Virus record (IMG/VR): IMGVR_UViG_3300043410_001892
Coordinates: 186,001-250,000 of that record
Direction: 5' to 3' (one strand)
Length of the DNA: 64,000 bases
In this document: piece after piece, positions 49,301 through 56,897 of the stretch
How positions within the stretch are numbered: the stretch's first letter is position 1
How the letters are laid out: each line of letters starts with the position of its first letter
The notes under the pieces: model-generated
What the model was told of the DNA's origin: nothing
Databases searched by the model: none
What the model saw: only the letters and a program-made list of their open reading frames with translations
Made by a program: the position numbers and the translations under genes

Positions 49301-49464
49301 GTGTAAATGGTGATGTTGCAGAAGAAGATACTGTAGCAACTATTCCAACTACAATTGCTGAAATGGTAATCGGAGGCGCAGGCGCACAATATATCGAAAG
49401 AATTGCGTATTATCCACGTAGGTTAACTAACTTGGAAATTCGTTCACTCACATCAACTCTATAA
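37339..49464 (+). CDS. giant (4041 aa) baseplate/tail-fibre structural protein
   Basis: T4 gp9/gp10-like N-terminus (GNDGTGDSIREAFSKVNDNF); helical repeats; GGSGYTSAP repeats; C-terminal lectin-like domain (GLLIEEQRTN, WGAQLE..ATSYIPT); upstream GATAAATA. Confidence 0.8.
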   Translation: MAKKIIEIGVQGNDGTGDSIREAFSKVNDNFSEIYAVFKSEGKINFSDLSDGCTYISDQLITASHDGTTLIARDLVPGNGIFISATSSAITIEAQAASLSNDLKPEISAPFNANKFAIGRLSDPSEDLVDLFNLVYDIPTTLDELPVTVGYANRRYAQLTESGVIGVLENGVIVPSPIQTRAEPTTPDITNPLYDPTLTGNYLSTEVLPRKDVVYRGGDKMTGALILNDHPGAMAGTVGAMFDSDLQAATAFYVDNKTFTSNVNLYVSAASGDDLQLRTPAGKEGRYWNYAFKSIGAALLHAESLINLASQEPGPYKQRISYTLGADQTFSTVQRVRLTGGESTTPGYVAAFNLLQANRSFIQSETISYINKKYVNKFSYNKTLFSNRIEFLIKAVCDDLLLGATDPDTSVPGTNYRSIRSAVKYLHDDPYLEQSIQWLSAIEFIRNQIIEFTYDGPALQDYTTQLVTALCYDLIFSSNYQSIQAGIAFKNAGTKVSAEQLGSMLTIKPINILSVTVNGGVVTLNFLTQSSAFLLNSEILIDAVFTNVDDETNEIIIKPSETVNNVTTITSVTIDSASTVSSVSFRKGGYPFINDGTYTVTGSFDRKNLINLLLLTPGITTYPSSAVDITANATIVRDIVLTGTIPEPVMPTPNNPPAGYNVLGHVHAKSLLLDNISFIQAEVVAYLSSEFPDVSYNRELCLRDVKYIIWSLAYDLTYGGNSQSVYAGKKYWNNSTNFIIASEKTACVSVINYINTLAQAVIINSATTTTYQQSVRQYRNDTLTNGNVASASIASNVATIAAIVTSLSNVPAIINPSVTTGLAEMQTIFDRITADIGNYTDDTKSTSTIWYLDSYFPVIKTLTDKDKINNLFDQIISIVSGGVYPSVVPVYPIVTIPTPVNVNVTDAWIVQATGLLDQTAINTIAQSTNSYIASVYTTITYNSTTLQNDIKDLLFAAIYDLKYGGTLASFDVATTFTLLGSNVNTQKTIVQAAIDHAWSLTNTLLVGNITGDTSNHTVNKLREKFTFASSYFSNNPPIQGDDITVSLFSTTTYDNATKLRTLILNSLSTISNDTLTYIDSVFKGGFTYDESLCYRDLGLIIDAMSIDLITGGTYQSINAGKSFYKNSSARAVSIGTQYTQSFDGIMFAQSVALQVLNKQLKNRYQLLPQITQFATTNPSNLTYISTGELPTDSIGVTGDRSLPVSQNAIDTFVANMLRLTDIIQYGISVAATPSFGSGIWNLLIDNGGRGYVDQGSPSNNDLFPAKVIVGVGTSSIAASNAYGSIVTYTYGSDISGAPLVLGDVDTLQVRLTKPGFFKSAYTLVDLNWSFVGTTVTVTKANHTITQGTRIIVNFAQFFGSGSNAPIGTWIVSAVTTNTFSFVTSLAPIGTSTLMTVTVQVGEQIEFGETVRDLQLTMFIESGIYYEDYPLRVSSNISIKGDEFRRTIIRPKDRISQSPWRKIFFYRDAIVDALEVGLIDYTGTNYAPSGITASLDGVTNKIVVTLSGNFQAPLSWVGKVFADTNTTNGNAKRGKAVVDSVSGNTINCTVIYPFSVSGLYAAGSWKLFGTINYGRHYLTNPLDVTSTAKNNKDIDVLLCNEGTRIVGVTFQGHGGFAMVLDPEGNIKTKSPYIQECASFTQSNNYKRFAGGQYIDGFAGRLYGNIIGVSNDGITVTVQGETNSGLDIRPPQPPCSFYVRGKRYQIDDIVSFDATTATVVLTLDKTTPYLHTTSGVLTYDDVKAKRDIGYVLDAIASDAALGTTYRSVHAGRSFLKIYSSRLVGDLQDLTIAGINKALELSNTTLSGSTYSSIRTQYATNIAIITSMISNGVNATPTIVWSTSSTADDNLARNIIQNNKAFIKSEISAYIAQYFTLGDYPRYNVLTSERDVGYVLDAMTYDMFYGGDSQTKDSAEAFFYNNTSYIPDENVICSAAYTRLKAVLAAVVAGSPVVVSSGNSVSQILTNPPASSAGYVTKLNTLSDIVIDYIADGSYSSPRTSARTYPLLPVGTTGTTAYNLFFDTGTNPATKTTAETTIETSVSTFLKNGANLRINIEAGGNRSMLGNDFAMFNDLAYGILATNGAFTEQVCTFTYYAHTGLWANNGSNLRGVGCSNTFGNYGMRASGYDVTELPDSTNLANHMIQTARVYKQGIVANEMIPTATVPAIAVWIIGYDYIPTNGSIMEINHSVNSGTINSYTVTSAEYTTIQFANQTVLKLNLNTTDTGSGSGLSKELYDGQMVSIRSLKNVKFNNVDNVKPTRPSTALQYVDNLNDVYRIIAYNLTESTGDMLGDNIAILQSDNSFAYYNFTTDPKSIIIGDPDSSIYTTVALNGGATTSTSLTVTSATGILQGHIISGVGFTGQIITNINGNVLTLSSAPNATPYGTVYFSFKTQGSKVGDTKIAVDQVSQLRIIDQINKGTYITAWNGRLHRVLRYVTPTFAVSKTYASYNSGTSTMVVTGSAGSITAGMLVIKRNATTEALEFTGTVVSATVVGLTTEVVISTPNQVVTPLTQGPVTFGVTANGYIELSPNAFINNAANGVSVNAMTYLSSDFQVDSITAKVVTFDIPFSKDNLLPKVDSYLTFAGNSNASYNGEYQITRVINQTLVTLSTITDFVVGMVVTSQVTTQFITNSGGVSTFTSTANHNMVLNDPVTVNVSSNMNGLVQSTTYYVKTIPTSTSFTLSATSGGTALGNFGIVVSAGVVIISIATNLGVSTFTTNTSHGLVSGNTFAPNISTNSFVAGTTYYVKDVTSNTFTLSATSGGLALGNFGTTNVISSSVSFKTPQTAIIPGGSAIIQSVSSDPLVKTIVISPAAWVPANSPIRASLAASVMSISITSGGSGYTSAPSLTIEGGSPTQRATATCTIVNGEINEVRVIIKGSGYVSIPSVTVTPAVGNIPTSTAVLSVNLSTAVLRDATSTTGVSTIQMSALYPTDPGTFGTVTSITVSAETTTTTTYNSVSGYSMAYTVSSGSTKPANDTWCKVEGNSNALYNGFFQVISTASTTITLFSPLNPGIYGTGTTTITSTPTNGTSTSLGISKPFSTKDGYTFNIGYAANTFAQVTTRISTCRATGHDFCDIGTGGYSTTNIPYSIYGEPALSRQVSHETLDESVGRCFYVSTNQDGIFRVGKFFSVDQGTGVVTLSSKTALSNIEAFGFSGGGAVVNEFSTDSTLTDNSSNKVPVESAVRGYIDKRLGIDHGGSPLPFLSIIGPGFVPLNGSAKMTGDLVLGGNGITGVRSPISSSDVVTKGYLEQSLLAHNSLNELDDVTLTTPSNGQSIFYDSVSAKWRNAVFSGDVSVLVRPSTTLDNVIVSRGTASGIDSEFTCDANVGLFVGQQVTFSGTYSGSGLINGYTNPSTYFIIATNGTTTFQLSTVKGGVAVTATAGTLGLTVTVPLMSIAIGSGRIVNSMISSAAKIDQSKLSLNLAGTSTTTGGTLGVASFSSYQFSVDANGWVTLANSSSETTGTTLTKLQHVPAKTVLSNLTDGSTNVVANSASEVVRVGEGIQLGSFTSVGVMTVTSVLNSKPTGFAVVGITTTGEGSKIVKTGTSGGIDVAELLIDGYSVLDVDATPVGGAASAIVQFKTPGNYTFLTATGNNTVNNPSVISVAGTLDVTGTNSSIKCSSLSTGSTGTEGTLTGAWKLASGSSLDFSAGFVTSSSAGLTSSDLNTITRPALILDFANSKTLDPRISFTRNSIGTYTNAQGLLVTASVHQARFDFNPTTGVSKGLLIEEQRTNVLCGSASFAISGGTNQWVDSSISRGVGSTSPAGTATITFTASAGNATIISNAVASGTSYRTFSIWLKREAGTGDIQYTLNNGATWTTQAITSTLTRYSWSASVTNASVGIRIVTSGNSITMWGAQLEDGAFATSYIPTTTAAVIRRADVAIVNGTNFSRWYRQAEGTFVLTHAALGIDAVANSYNGVKVQSTDLTASMEIRCGSTGTGLLYDVKGLTNTGTTQFDFIGYSTLTVNTPVMQAFGYKANDCAYSVNGDVAEEDTVATIPTTIAEMVIGGAGAQYIERIAYYPRRLTNLEIRSLTSTL

Positions 49465-49474
49465 GGAATAAACA

Positions 49475-51526
49475 ATGAGTAGTTTTATAGGTAATAAACC
49501 AAATCAAGTACCAACAAATGGTGATCTGGGAAGATTAGCATTTATGGATTTTATAGGCATGGAGGACATTGGGTCCTCCATCCCAACTATTGTATCTGCA
49601 TCTAACATTTATCCACAAGTAAAGATATCTTATGTTAGTGGAACTGTTACAATTGATACAATAACTCCTCCTCAGGATTTAATAAATGGTGGACAAATAA
49701 CGTTAATACCAACTGGAGTATTTGCATTAAGCACTTCTGGAAATATTGCACTTGCAATCAACTCTGAAATTTCAAAAGCAATTATTTTGACATATGATTC
49801 AGTTGTTGCAAAATGGTATCCAAGTTATACTAATACAGTTAATAATTTAACACTAAATGGTACTGCAAATTCTACTATTACACTTGGAACAGGTGGTACC
49901 GTTGCATACACAAAAGATAAATTATCAGTATTTGCGCAAACAACTGCATCAGAATTTGCCAGTGTTATTTCAGATGGATCAACCGGTTCCGGTAAAATAG
50001 TATTGGCAACAAGTCCAACATTAGTAACACCTGTATTAGGTGCTGCAACTGCAACTTCGATTAATAAAATTGCACTTACTGCAGTGGCTACTGGATCTAC
50101 AATTACACTTGCAGATCAAAAAACATTAACCGTAAATAACACCGTAACACTTACTGGTACTGATGCATCAACCATTACATTTGGGACAGGCGGTACCGTT
50201 ACTTATACATCTAATAAATTATCAGTATTTGCTGCAACAACTTCATCTGAATTAGCTGGTGTTATTTCAGATGAAACTGGATCTGGTTTATTAGTGTTTA
50301 ATACAAGTCCAACATTAGTAACACCTGCATTAGGTGCTGCAACTGCAACTTCAATTAATAAAATTGCACTTACTGCGGTAGCTACTGGGTCTACAATTAC
50401 ACTTGCAGATCAAAAAACATTAACTGTAAATAATACAGTAACACTTACTGGTACTGATGCATCAACCATTACATTTGGGACAGGCGGTACAGTTGCATAT
50501 ACATCTAATAAATTATCAGTATTTGCTGCAACAAGCTCATCTGAATTAGCCGGTGTTATTTCAGATGAAACTGGATTTAGTACAACTGGTTTACTGATGT
50601 TTAATAACAATCCAACAGTAGTTACTGGAATAGTTGCTGATGCAGCATCAACTACATTTAATTTAATCAATACTGTTTCAACAACGGTAAATGCATTTGG
50701 TGCAGCAACAACATTAAATGTTGGATATACTGGTACAGGTGTAGCATCAACTACAAATATTTCAACAGGAGCATTAGCTGGATCATTTATTAAAACAGTT
50801 AACTTAGGAACCGGCGCTGCTTCTGGATCAACTACTAATATTAATATTGGTTCAAATATTGCCGGAACTACAGCAATTAATAGTCCAACTATTTCTACAT
50901 TAAGTGCTACTCTTGATTTATTTACAACAACTGTTGGAACTGTTAATTTTGGTAGTGTAGCCACTACTATGGGTATAGGATATACTGGTACTGCAGCATC
51001 TACACTTAATATTTCAACAGGCGCAGTTACAACTGGTACAACAAAAACAATCAATATAGGAACAGGTGGAGCTGCAAGTTCTACTACAACTATGAATATT
51101 GGAACAAGTGCAGGCGCATCTAATGTAACAATTGGGTCAACTGTATCTGGTACAACTACTGTTAATTACAATTTAGATGTATTGCAGAACATTACAGCTC
51201 GTCAAAATGTTACAGCATATTTTAGTTCTGATAGAAGATTAAAAGAAAACATCACACCTATTGAAAACCCATTAGATAAGTTGTTAACATTATCAGGAAA
51301 TACATTTAAGTGGTCTGATGAATACTATGCAACACAAAATCAAGAAATGGTTAAACAATATGATGTTGGGGTTATTGCTCAAGAAGTATTAGAAGTATTG
51401 CCAGAAGCAGTACATGAGCGTGATTCTGGAATGTTAGCAGTTGATTATACAAAATTAATACCATTATTAATTGAATGTATTAAGGCTCAACAAAAACAGA
51501 TTGATAATTTATTAGCAAAGGAGTAA
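49475..51526 (+). CDS. tail fibre with a C-terminal intramolecular chaperone (peptidase S74)
   Basis: SSDRRLKENI, GVIAQEV..VLPEAV, VDYTKLIPLLIECIK. Confidence 0.88.
   Translation: MSSFIGNKPNQVPTNGDLGRLAFMDFIGMEDIGSSIPTIVSASNIYPQVKISYVSGTVTIDTITPPQDLINGGQITLIPTGVFALSTSGNIALAINSEISKAIILTYDSVVAKWYPSYTNTVNNLTLNGTANSTITLGTGGTVAYTKDKLSVFAQTTASEFASVISDGSTGSGKIVLATSPTLVTPVLGAATATSINKIALTAVATGSTITLADQKTLTVNNTVTLTGTDASTITFGTGGTVTYTSNKLSVFAATTSSELAGVISDETGSGLLVFNTSPTLVTPALGAATATSINKIALTAVATGSTITLADQKTLTVNNTVTLTGTDASTITFGTGGTVAYTSNKLSVFAATSSSELAGVISDETGFSTTGLLMFNNNPTVVTGIVADAASTTFNLINTVSTTVNAFGAATTLNVGYTGTGVASTTNISTGALAGSFIKTVNLGTGAASGSTTNINIGSNIAGTTAINSPTISTLSATLDLFTTTVGTVNFGSVATTMGIGYTGTAASTLNISTGAVTTGTTKTINIGTGGAASSTTTMNIGTSAGASNVTIGSTVSGTTTVNYNLDVLQNITARQNVTAYFSSDRRLKENITPIENPLDKLLTLSGNTFKWSDEYYATQNQEMVKQYDVGVIAQEVLEVLPEAVHERDSGMLAVDYTKLIPLLIECIKAQQKQIDNLLAKE
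49850..50575 (+). repeat. 294-bp tandem duplication (two near-identical copies plus a diverged partial copy)
   Basis: acaagtccaacattagtaacacctg at 50009 and 50303; copies end at tcagatgaaactgga. Confidence 0.9.
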
Positions 51527-51529
51527 TAC

Positions 51530-54500
51530 ATGACACTACCATTAAGCAATAATGCTATATCAATGGGACAAGTTAACACTGAATTAAACTTAGCAGCCAA
51601 TGCACAAATATCATTAAATGATCCTGCAGTTCGTACATTACTTGCAAAAACAGGTGATAAGACAACCATTTCGTTAGCAGACGGTTGGGGTAAATCTAAC
51701 ATTGGAGCTGTAACAAATCTTGCAGTTACAAATGGATCAGTTACTGTTATGTCAGCTACTGTTACATGGACTACACCTGCAACAGGAACTATAACAAAAT
51801 ATGAAATTTATGCAAAAGATGCAAATAATGTAGTTAAAGGTTTAATAACAATTAATGCACCATTTTCTCCAATACCAACATCTGCAACAGTAACTGGTAT
51901 GGCGTCAAATACTGCATATACCATTTATGTTACTACGTCAAACACATCGTCAAGTGCAACTGCAAGTGCAACTGTTCCGGTAACAACATTAGCATACAAC
52001 TTCCCATTTACTACAGTTTCCAATGTAAATCCAAATACAGTTACATCATCAACTGTGGTTTCAGTTGGTGGATTACCAGTAAATCAAATTGTTACAGTTT
52101 CGGTCTCAGGTAGTGCTGGCGCACAATTTGCTGCAGCAAGCACACAAGCTGGTGCAACTTCATTTACGTCAACTTCTGGATTATACACAGCATCATCAAG
52201 TGGTATATTATATGTTGCTGCTCGAGTCACTTCAGGAACATTTTTAGCTGATGCAACTGCAACTGTTACAGTTGGTGATGGCAGTAGTACATTCACTGCA
52301 ACTACACGAGCAGCTGATATATCTCCATCAAACACAGTGCCAATTATAATTCCAGCAAAAATAGATGTTCCTATCAATTCAGCAGTAACGTCAGAACAGT
52401 TTACAATTACTGGATTAGAACCAAATTATACTGGATTAGTAATTAGTGCATCGGCTGGCGCAACATTTGTTGCAGGTCCAACTAGTGGATCGTTACCGTC
52501 AGTTTATGTAAATTCTGGGACATTTACAGTTGGCGCAGACACTAACATTTATATTAAAGCAAGAGTAACATCGAGCTCATTATTTGGAGCTGATGTAACT
52601 GGAACTTATACTATTGGATCAGGTACAGCCACATTTAAAGCTACAACAACTTCAAATGCATTTACTATTCCTGCAAAAACTGGACAGGCAATTAATACAT
52701 TAATTACTTCAGATTCAATACTTGTTACTGGTCTTGAATATTCTACAAGTTATCAAGTATCAGTTGCAAATGGGTCTGGTTCTACAGGTGCAGCTTATGA
52801 AGCAGTTACTGGTACAGGTACGTTAACAGGAACATTTACATCATCTACTACATCAGTAACATCATCTGCTGTAGGTGAAATAAGAGTACAAGTAAGAGTT
52901 CAATCAAGTACACAAGGTTCTACAACAACTAGTGCTACATTATCAATTGGATCTTATAAGTCAGGTACATTTAGTGTAACAACACCAGTTCCTGATACAA
53001 GTCCAACATTTGGATCAACTTTTGCAGCTATTACAAACGTTCCGTTAGGTTCGTTAATTTTAGCAGCAGAATCTCCAATAACAGTAACCAGTTTAGAACC
53101 AAATTATAATATTCCAGTTAGTGTTACTGGTGGGTATTATTATATATCATCATCAACATTTACACCAGGTAATGTAACATTTATTAATACCGACTCAACA
53201 GTTACAACACCGACCGGTACATTGTATCTTGGTCTTAAAGCATCTGCTAACTCGTCTTCGTTTTTAACTGATTCGACTGCAACTGTAACTATAGGTTCGG
53301 GATCAACTTCGTTTAAAGTTACAACTACAACAGGAACATTTTCATTTACAACAGCTTCAAATCTTAATATAAGCACATCTTCAACTTCAAATGTTATAGC
53401 AGTAAATGGTTTACCATATCCGGGTACTGTTACAGTTAGTATACCAAACGCTGATGCTAAAGTTGATGCAGGTACAACAACATCAATGAGCGGAACATAT
53501 GAGTTTATTAAGAGTAATGTTTCTACTGTACAAGACGGAACTGGCGGTAAGGTTTATTTAGCAATCCGAGGAACATCGAGTGATTTATTCTCAACTACCG
53601 TTACATATACTGCCAGCATAGCATACACGCAAGGAACAAAATCTGGTACTTATAGTATTGGAACAAGAGCAGCAGTTACACAACCATCGACTCAATTTAC
53701 ATTTACAGATTTAACTGGACAGGCAAGATCTTCAACAATTACATCTAGTCAGATTTCAATTACTGTAGAACCTAATTATACTCACACTATCACTGCTACT
53801 ACAAATACTGGTACAACTGTAGGAGTTGATGCAGGTACAACTACATCAATGAGTGGTTCTTATGGTACATCAAAATCAGTAACAACTGATGGAACTGGTG
53901 TAATTTATATAACGGCATCGGTACAAACAGGTACTGCATATTCGACTGCATATAATTGTACAATAACCGTTGGCACAATGTCTGATACTTTTACAGCAAC
54001 AACTCTTGTACAGATTATTATTCCAGGATCAATCACATTGGGATTTAGTGGCACTACATCAAGTTCAACTACAATGACTATTTCAGCTGGAAGCGGAAGT
54101 GCACCTGATTCATATTATTATGAAAGATACACAGATGCTGCATATACTGCTAATAAGTTTACTGGAACAAGTCAAAGTTCAAATAGTTTTTCAGTTAGCT
54201 TACCAAGTTCAAACACTACTTATTATATTAAAGGTTTTGCAACTAATACTGCAGGAACAGGTTCAGGAACAGGTTCAGTTACATCAGCTGCAGCAGCACC
54301 AACAAGTGCTTCGATAGCATTTTCGTCAATTGCTGAAACATCTGCAACATTAACTGTTACATCGACTGGTGCAACAACATGGGGTTATCAGCAATATACT
54401 GATGCAAATTATAATGTAGCAGTCGGAAGTACTGTATCAAGTAATGCTACAAATAGTTTTGGGTTGTCAAGTTTAACAGGTGCAACTTATTATTATTTTA

Positions 54501-56896
54501 AAGGGTATGGTTCAAATACTGGTGGATCATCACCGTATTCAGCAGGACAATCAGTTTTAACAGTTCCTGGGTCAGTATCGGTGACTGCATCAACTCCAGT
54601 TTGGAATGCAGCTAGTTCAGTTTACACTTATACTATTAGTCTTTCGTATACCGGAACGGTTTCATCGTGGATAGCATATAGAGGACAAAATCCAAATTTA
54701 ACTGCACCAACCGCACTTGGTACTGGAATTTTACCAAGTTCGTCATTTTCTGCAACATCAGCTGTAAGTACAACTACATATTATTCAGGAAAGGCAACTA
54801 ATGCATCTGGAACATCTGCGTCATATGGGCCAACTATATCAGTAACAGTTGGAGCTGCTCCAATTACTGCACCATCTAGTGCATCAATTGCATCTTCGTC
54901 AATTACTGAAACTACGTTAACATTGACTATTACATCTACTAATGCTACAACTTGGGGTTATCAAGAATATACTAACTCAAATTATAACGTAGCAGTTGGA
55001 AATGCTGTATCAAGTACGTCTACAAATAGCTTTGGTGTAACAGGTCGTACTGGTGGTTCTACATATTATTATGCAGGTTTTGGTTCAAATGCATCGGGAA
55101 CATCGCCGTATTCTACAGGAATATCAGTATTAATGAAACCAAGTACACCAACATTAACAGTTAGTAGTACACCATCCTGGAATGCAACTACATCAAAATA
55201 TGATTATAGTACAACTTATTCTGGAGGTGGAACAACAGTTTCTAGTTATAAATTGTATCAAGGAACTTCAACAAGTGATTCTAATCCTACATTGTTAGGA
55301 TCTAGTATTGTTGCGGTAGGTGTGACAGCTTCTACTAGCATGTACCTTAGGGCAACTGCAGTTAACACTTCAGGTGAGTCTAGTGCAACTGGGTATGCTA
55401 CTATAACTGCACCAGCAGCACCAATAACACCAGCAGCTCCAACAATAACGTTTACAGCAGGAACTGGTACAGGAGTTACAGTAACTATTTCAAGTACAAA
55501 TGCAACCGCATACAAATATAGTTACGCAACAACTACACCGTCATCTGCATCAACTGATAGCAATGGCACTGTTACAATAGCTAATGGTACACTGTCAACT
55601 AACACAACGTATTATTTCGTTGCAATTGCAATAAGAACTGCAGGTGGTGTAACTACACAATCAGCACTATCAAGTGCATATTCATATGCAACACCAGCAC
55701 CGGCAGTTGGTACTGCATCTATTACTATATCTGATGTAGGTATAAGAAGTATTAAAGGAACAGTTTCTGCAACCAATGCAACTTACTACTATACACAAAA
55801 TTACGATCCATATGCAGTCGGTGTTTGGCCAACTCCAAGATATAGACCATCAAGTTCATCACAATGGACCACTAGTACTGCATTTTCTCAAAACATACCT
55901 AGCGGACAAGCTATGTATGTATTAGCAATTAATTATAAATCTGGGTTTAATCCATATTCATCGACTGACGGATGGACAGGTGTAAATTCATTTTCAGAAG
56001 GATATTCGTCTGGAACTGTTACACTAGTAGCATCTACTGGAACATACAATTCTCCTTCAACATCTACTGCGTCATTAGCAATACCATGGGATGTTGTTAA
56101 AATTAGAATCAGTGCAACCGGCGGCGGCGGTGGAGGCGGTGGTGCTAACTCAGTTAATAATGACGGTACTGGAGGTGCAGGTGGTGGATCACCGACATTG
56201 GCTGCAACATTTAATAAACCATCAGGCCAAACACACTTACTGATTTCAGTAGGCGGTGGCGGATACAGTGGTAACGGCGGTGGTTATACAAGTGGAAGTG
56301 GCACTGGCGGTAATGGTGGTATTGGTATATCTGGATATGCAGGTGGTGCAGGTGGCACTAAAGGCGGCACTGGAGTTTCAGGTGGTGGCGGTGGCGGTGG
56401 CGGCGCTTCTGTAGTTTCTACATACCCTAATAGCTATACATTAATAGTAGTAGGCGGTGGCGGTGGCGGACTCGGTGGTACATATCAATATAAAAGCAAC
56501 ATACCAATCGGTGGTGTAGTAACATCGTATTCGGGTAAAACTGACTATTCGGGAATGGTTAATGGTACTGCCGGTGCAACACCAATTGCAACCGTTAACG
56601 GTGGTGGCGGTGGCGGTGGCGCCGGACCAGGCGGAGCAGGTGGGGTTGCTGGTAAAGACAGTGTAAATCTACCCGGAATAGGCGGTGCAAGTGCAGTATA
56701 TTATAACAGTACTTATTATGTCGGGTCTGGTGCAACTTGGACTGCAGCACCTACTGCACTTGTAACATCAACGTCTACTGATGCACCAGGTACCGGTGGT
56801 AAAGGTGGAACTTCATTTAGTAATACTAATTATATTGCAGCTGATTCATGGGCTGGATCTGCCGGACAGGTAACTTATACATTCTATGATGTATAA
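51530..56896 (+). CDS. Ser/Thr-rich tail fibre/adhesin with Ig/FN3-like repeats and a glycine-rich C-terminal domain
   Basis: N-terminal AISMGQVNTEL; repeated beta modules; GGGGGG tracts. Confidence 0.75.
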   Translation: MTLPLSNNAISMGQVNTELNLAANAQISLNDPAVRTLLAKTGDKTTISLADGWGKSNIGAVTNLAVTNGSVTVMSATVTWTTPATGTITKYEIYAKDANNVVKGLITINAPFSPIPTSATVTGMASNTAYTIYVTTSNTSSSATASATVPVTTLAYNFPFTTVSNVNPNTVTSSTVVSVGGLPVNQIVTVSVSGSAGAQFAAASTQAGATSFTSTSGLYTASSSGILYVAARVTSGTFLADATATVTVGDGSSTFTATTRAADISPSNTVPIIIPAKIDVPINSAVTSEQFTITGLEPNYTGLVISASAGATFVAGPTSGSLPSVYVNSGTFTVGADTNIYIKARVTSSSLFGADVTGTYTIGSGTATFKATTTSNAFTIPAKTGQAINTLITSDSILVTGLEYSTSYQVSVANGSGSTGAAYEAVTGTGTLTGTFTSSTTSVTSSAVGEIRVQVRVQSSTQGSTTTSATLSIGSYKSGTFSVTTPVPDTSPTFGSTFAAITNVPLGSLILAAESPITVTSLEPNYNIPVSVTGGYYYISSSTFTPGNVTFINTDSTVTTPTGTLYLGLKASANSSSFLTDSTATVTIGSGSTSFKVTTTTGTFSFTTASNLNISTSSTSNVIAVNGLPYPGTVTVSIPNADAKVDAGTTTSMSGTYEFIKSNVSTVQDGTGGKVYLAIRGTSSDLFSTTVTYTASIAYTQGTKSGTYSIGTRAAVTQPSTQFTFTDLTGQARSSTITSSQISITVEPNYTHTITATTNTGTTVGVDAGTTTSMSGSYGTSKSVTTDGTGVIYITASVQTGTAYSTAYNCTITVGTMSDTFTATTLVQIIIPGSITLGFSGTTSSSTTMTISAGSGSAPDSYYYERYTDAAYTANKFTGTSQSSNSFSVSLPSSNTTYYIKGFATNTAGTGSGTGSVTSAAAAPTSASIAFSSIAETSATLTVTSTGATTWGYQQYTDANYNVAVGSTVSSNATNSFGLSSLTGATYYYFKGYGSNTGGSSPYSAGQSVLTVPGSVSVTASTPVWNAASSVYTYTISLSYTGTVSSWIAYRGQNPNLTAPTALGTGILPSSSFSATSAVSTTTYYSGKATNASGTSASYGPTISVTVGAAPITAPSSASIASSSITETTLTLTITSTNATTWGYQEYTNSNYNVAVGNAVSSTSTNSFGVTGRTGGSTYYYAGFGSNASGTSPYSTGISVLMKPSTPTLTVSSTPSWNATTSKYDYSTTYSGGGTTVSSYKLYQGTSTSDSNPTLLGSSIVAVGVTASTSMYLRATAVNTSGESSATGYATITAPAAPITPAAPTITFTAGTGTGVTVTISSTNATAYKYSYATTTPSSASTDSNGTVTIANGTLSTNTTYYFVAIAIRTAGGVTTQSALSSAYSYATPAPAVGTASITISDVGIRSIKGTVSATNATYYYTQNYDPYAVGVWPTPRYRPSSSSQWTTSTAFSQNIPSGQAMYVLAINYKSGFNPYSSTDGWTGVNSFSEGYSSGTVTLVASTGTYNSPSTSTASLAIPWDVVKIRISATGGGGGGGGANSVNNDGTGGAGGGSPTLAATFNKPSGQTHLLISVGGGGYSGNGGGYTSGSGTGGNGGIGISGYAGGAGGTKGGTGVSGGGGGGGGASVVSTYPNSYTLIVVGGGGGGLGGTYQYKSNIPIGGVVTSYSGKTDYSGMVNGTAGATPIATVNGGGGGGGAGPGGAGGVAGKDSVNLPGIGGASAVYYNSTYYVGSGATWTAAPTALVTSTSTDAPGTGGKGGTSFSNTNYIAADSWAGSAGQVTYTFYDV

Positions 56897-56897
56897 G

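Noticed and set aside
37339-56896. Diversity-generating retroelement acting on the fibre genes
   Set aside because: No reverse transcriptase in the window; the repeats are adjacent in-frame duplications without an adenine-specific mismatch pattern.
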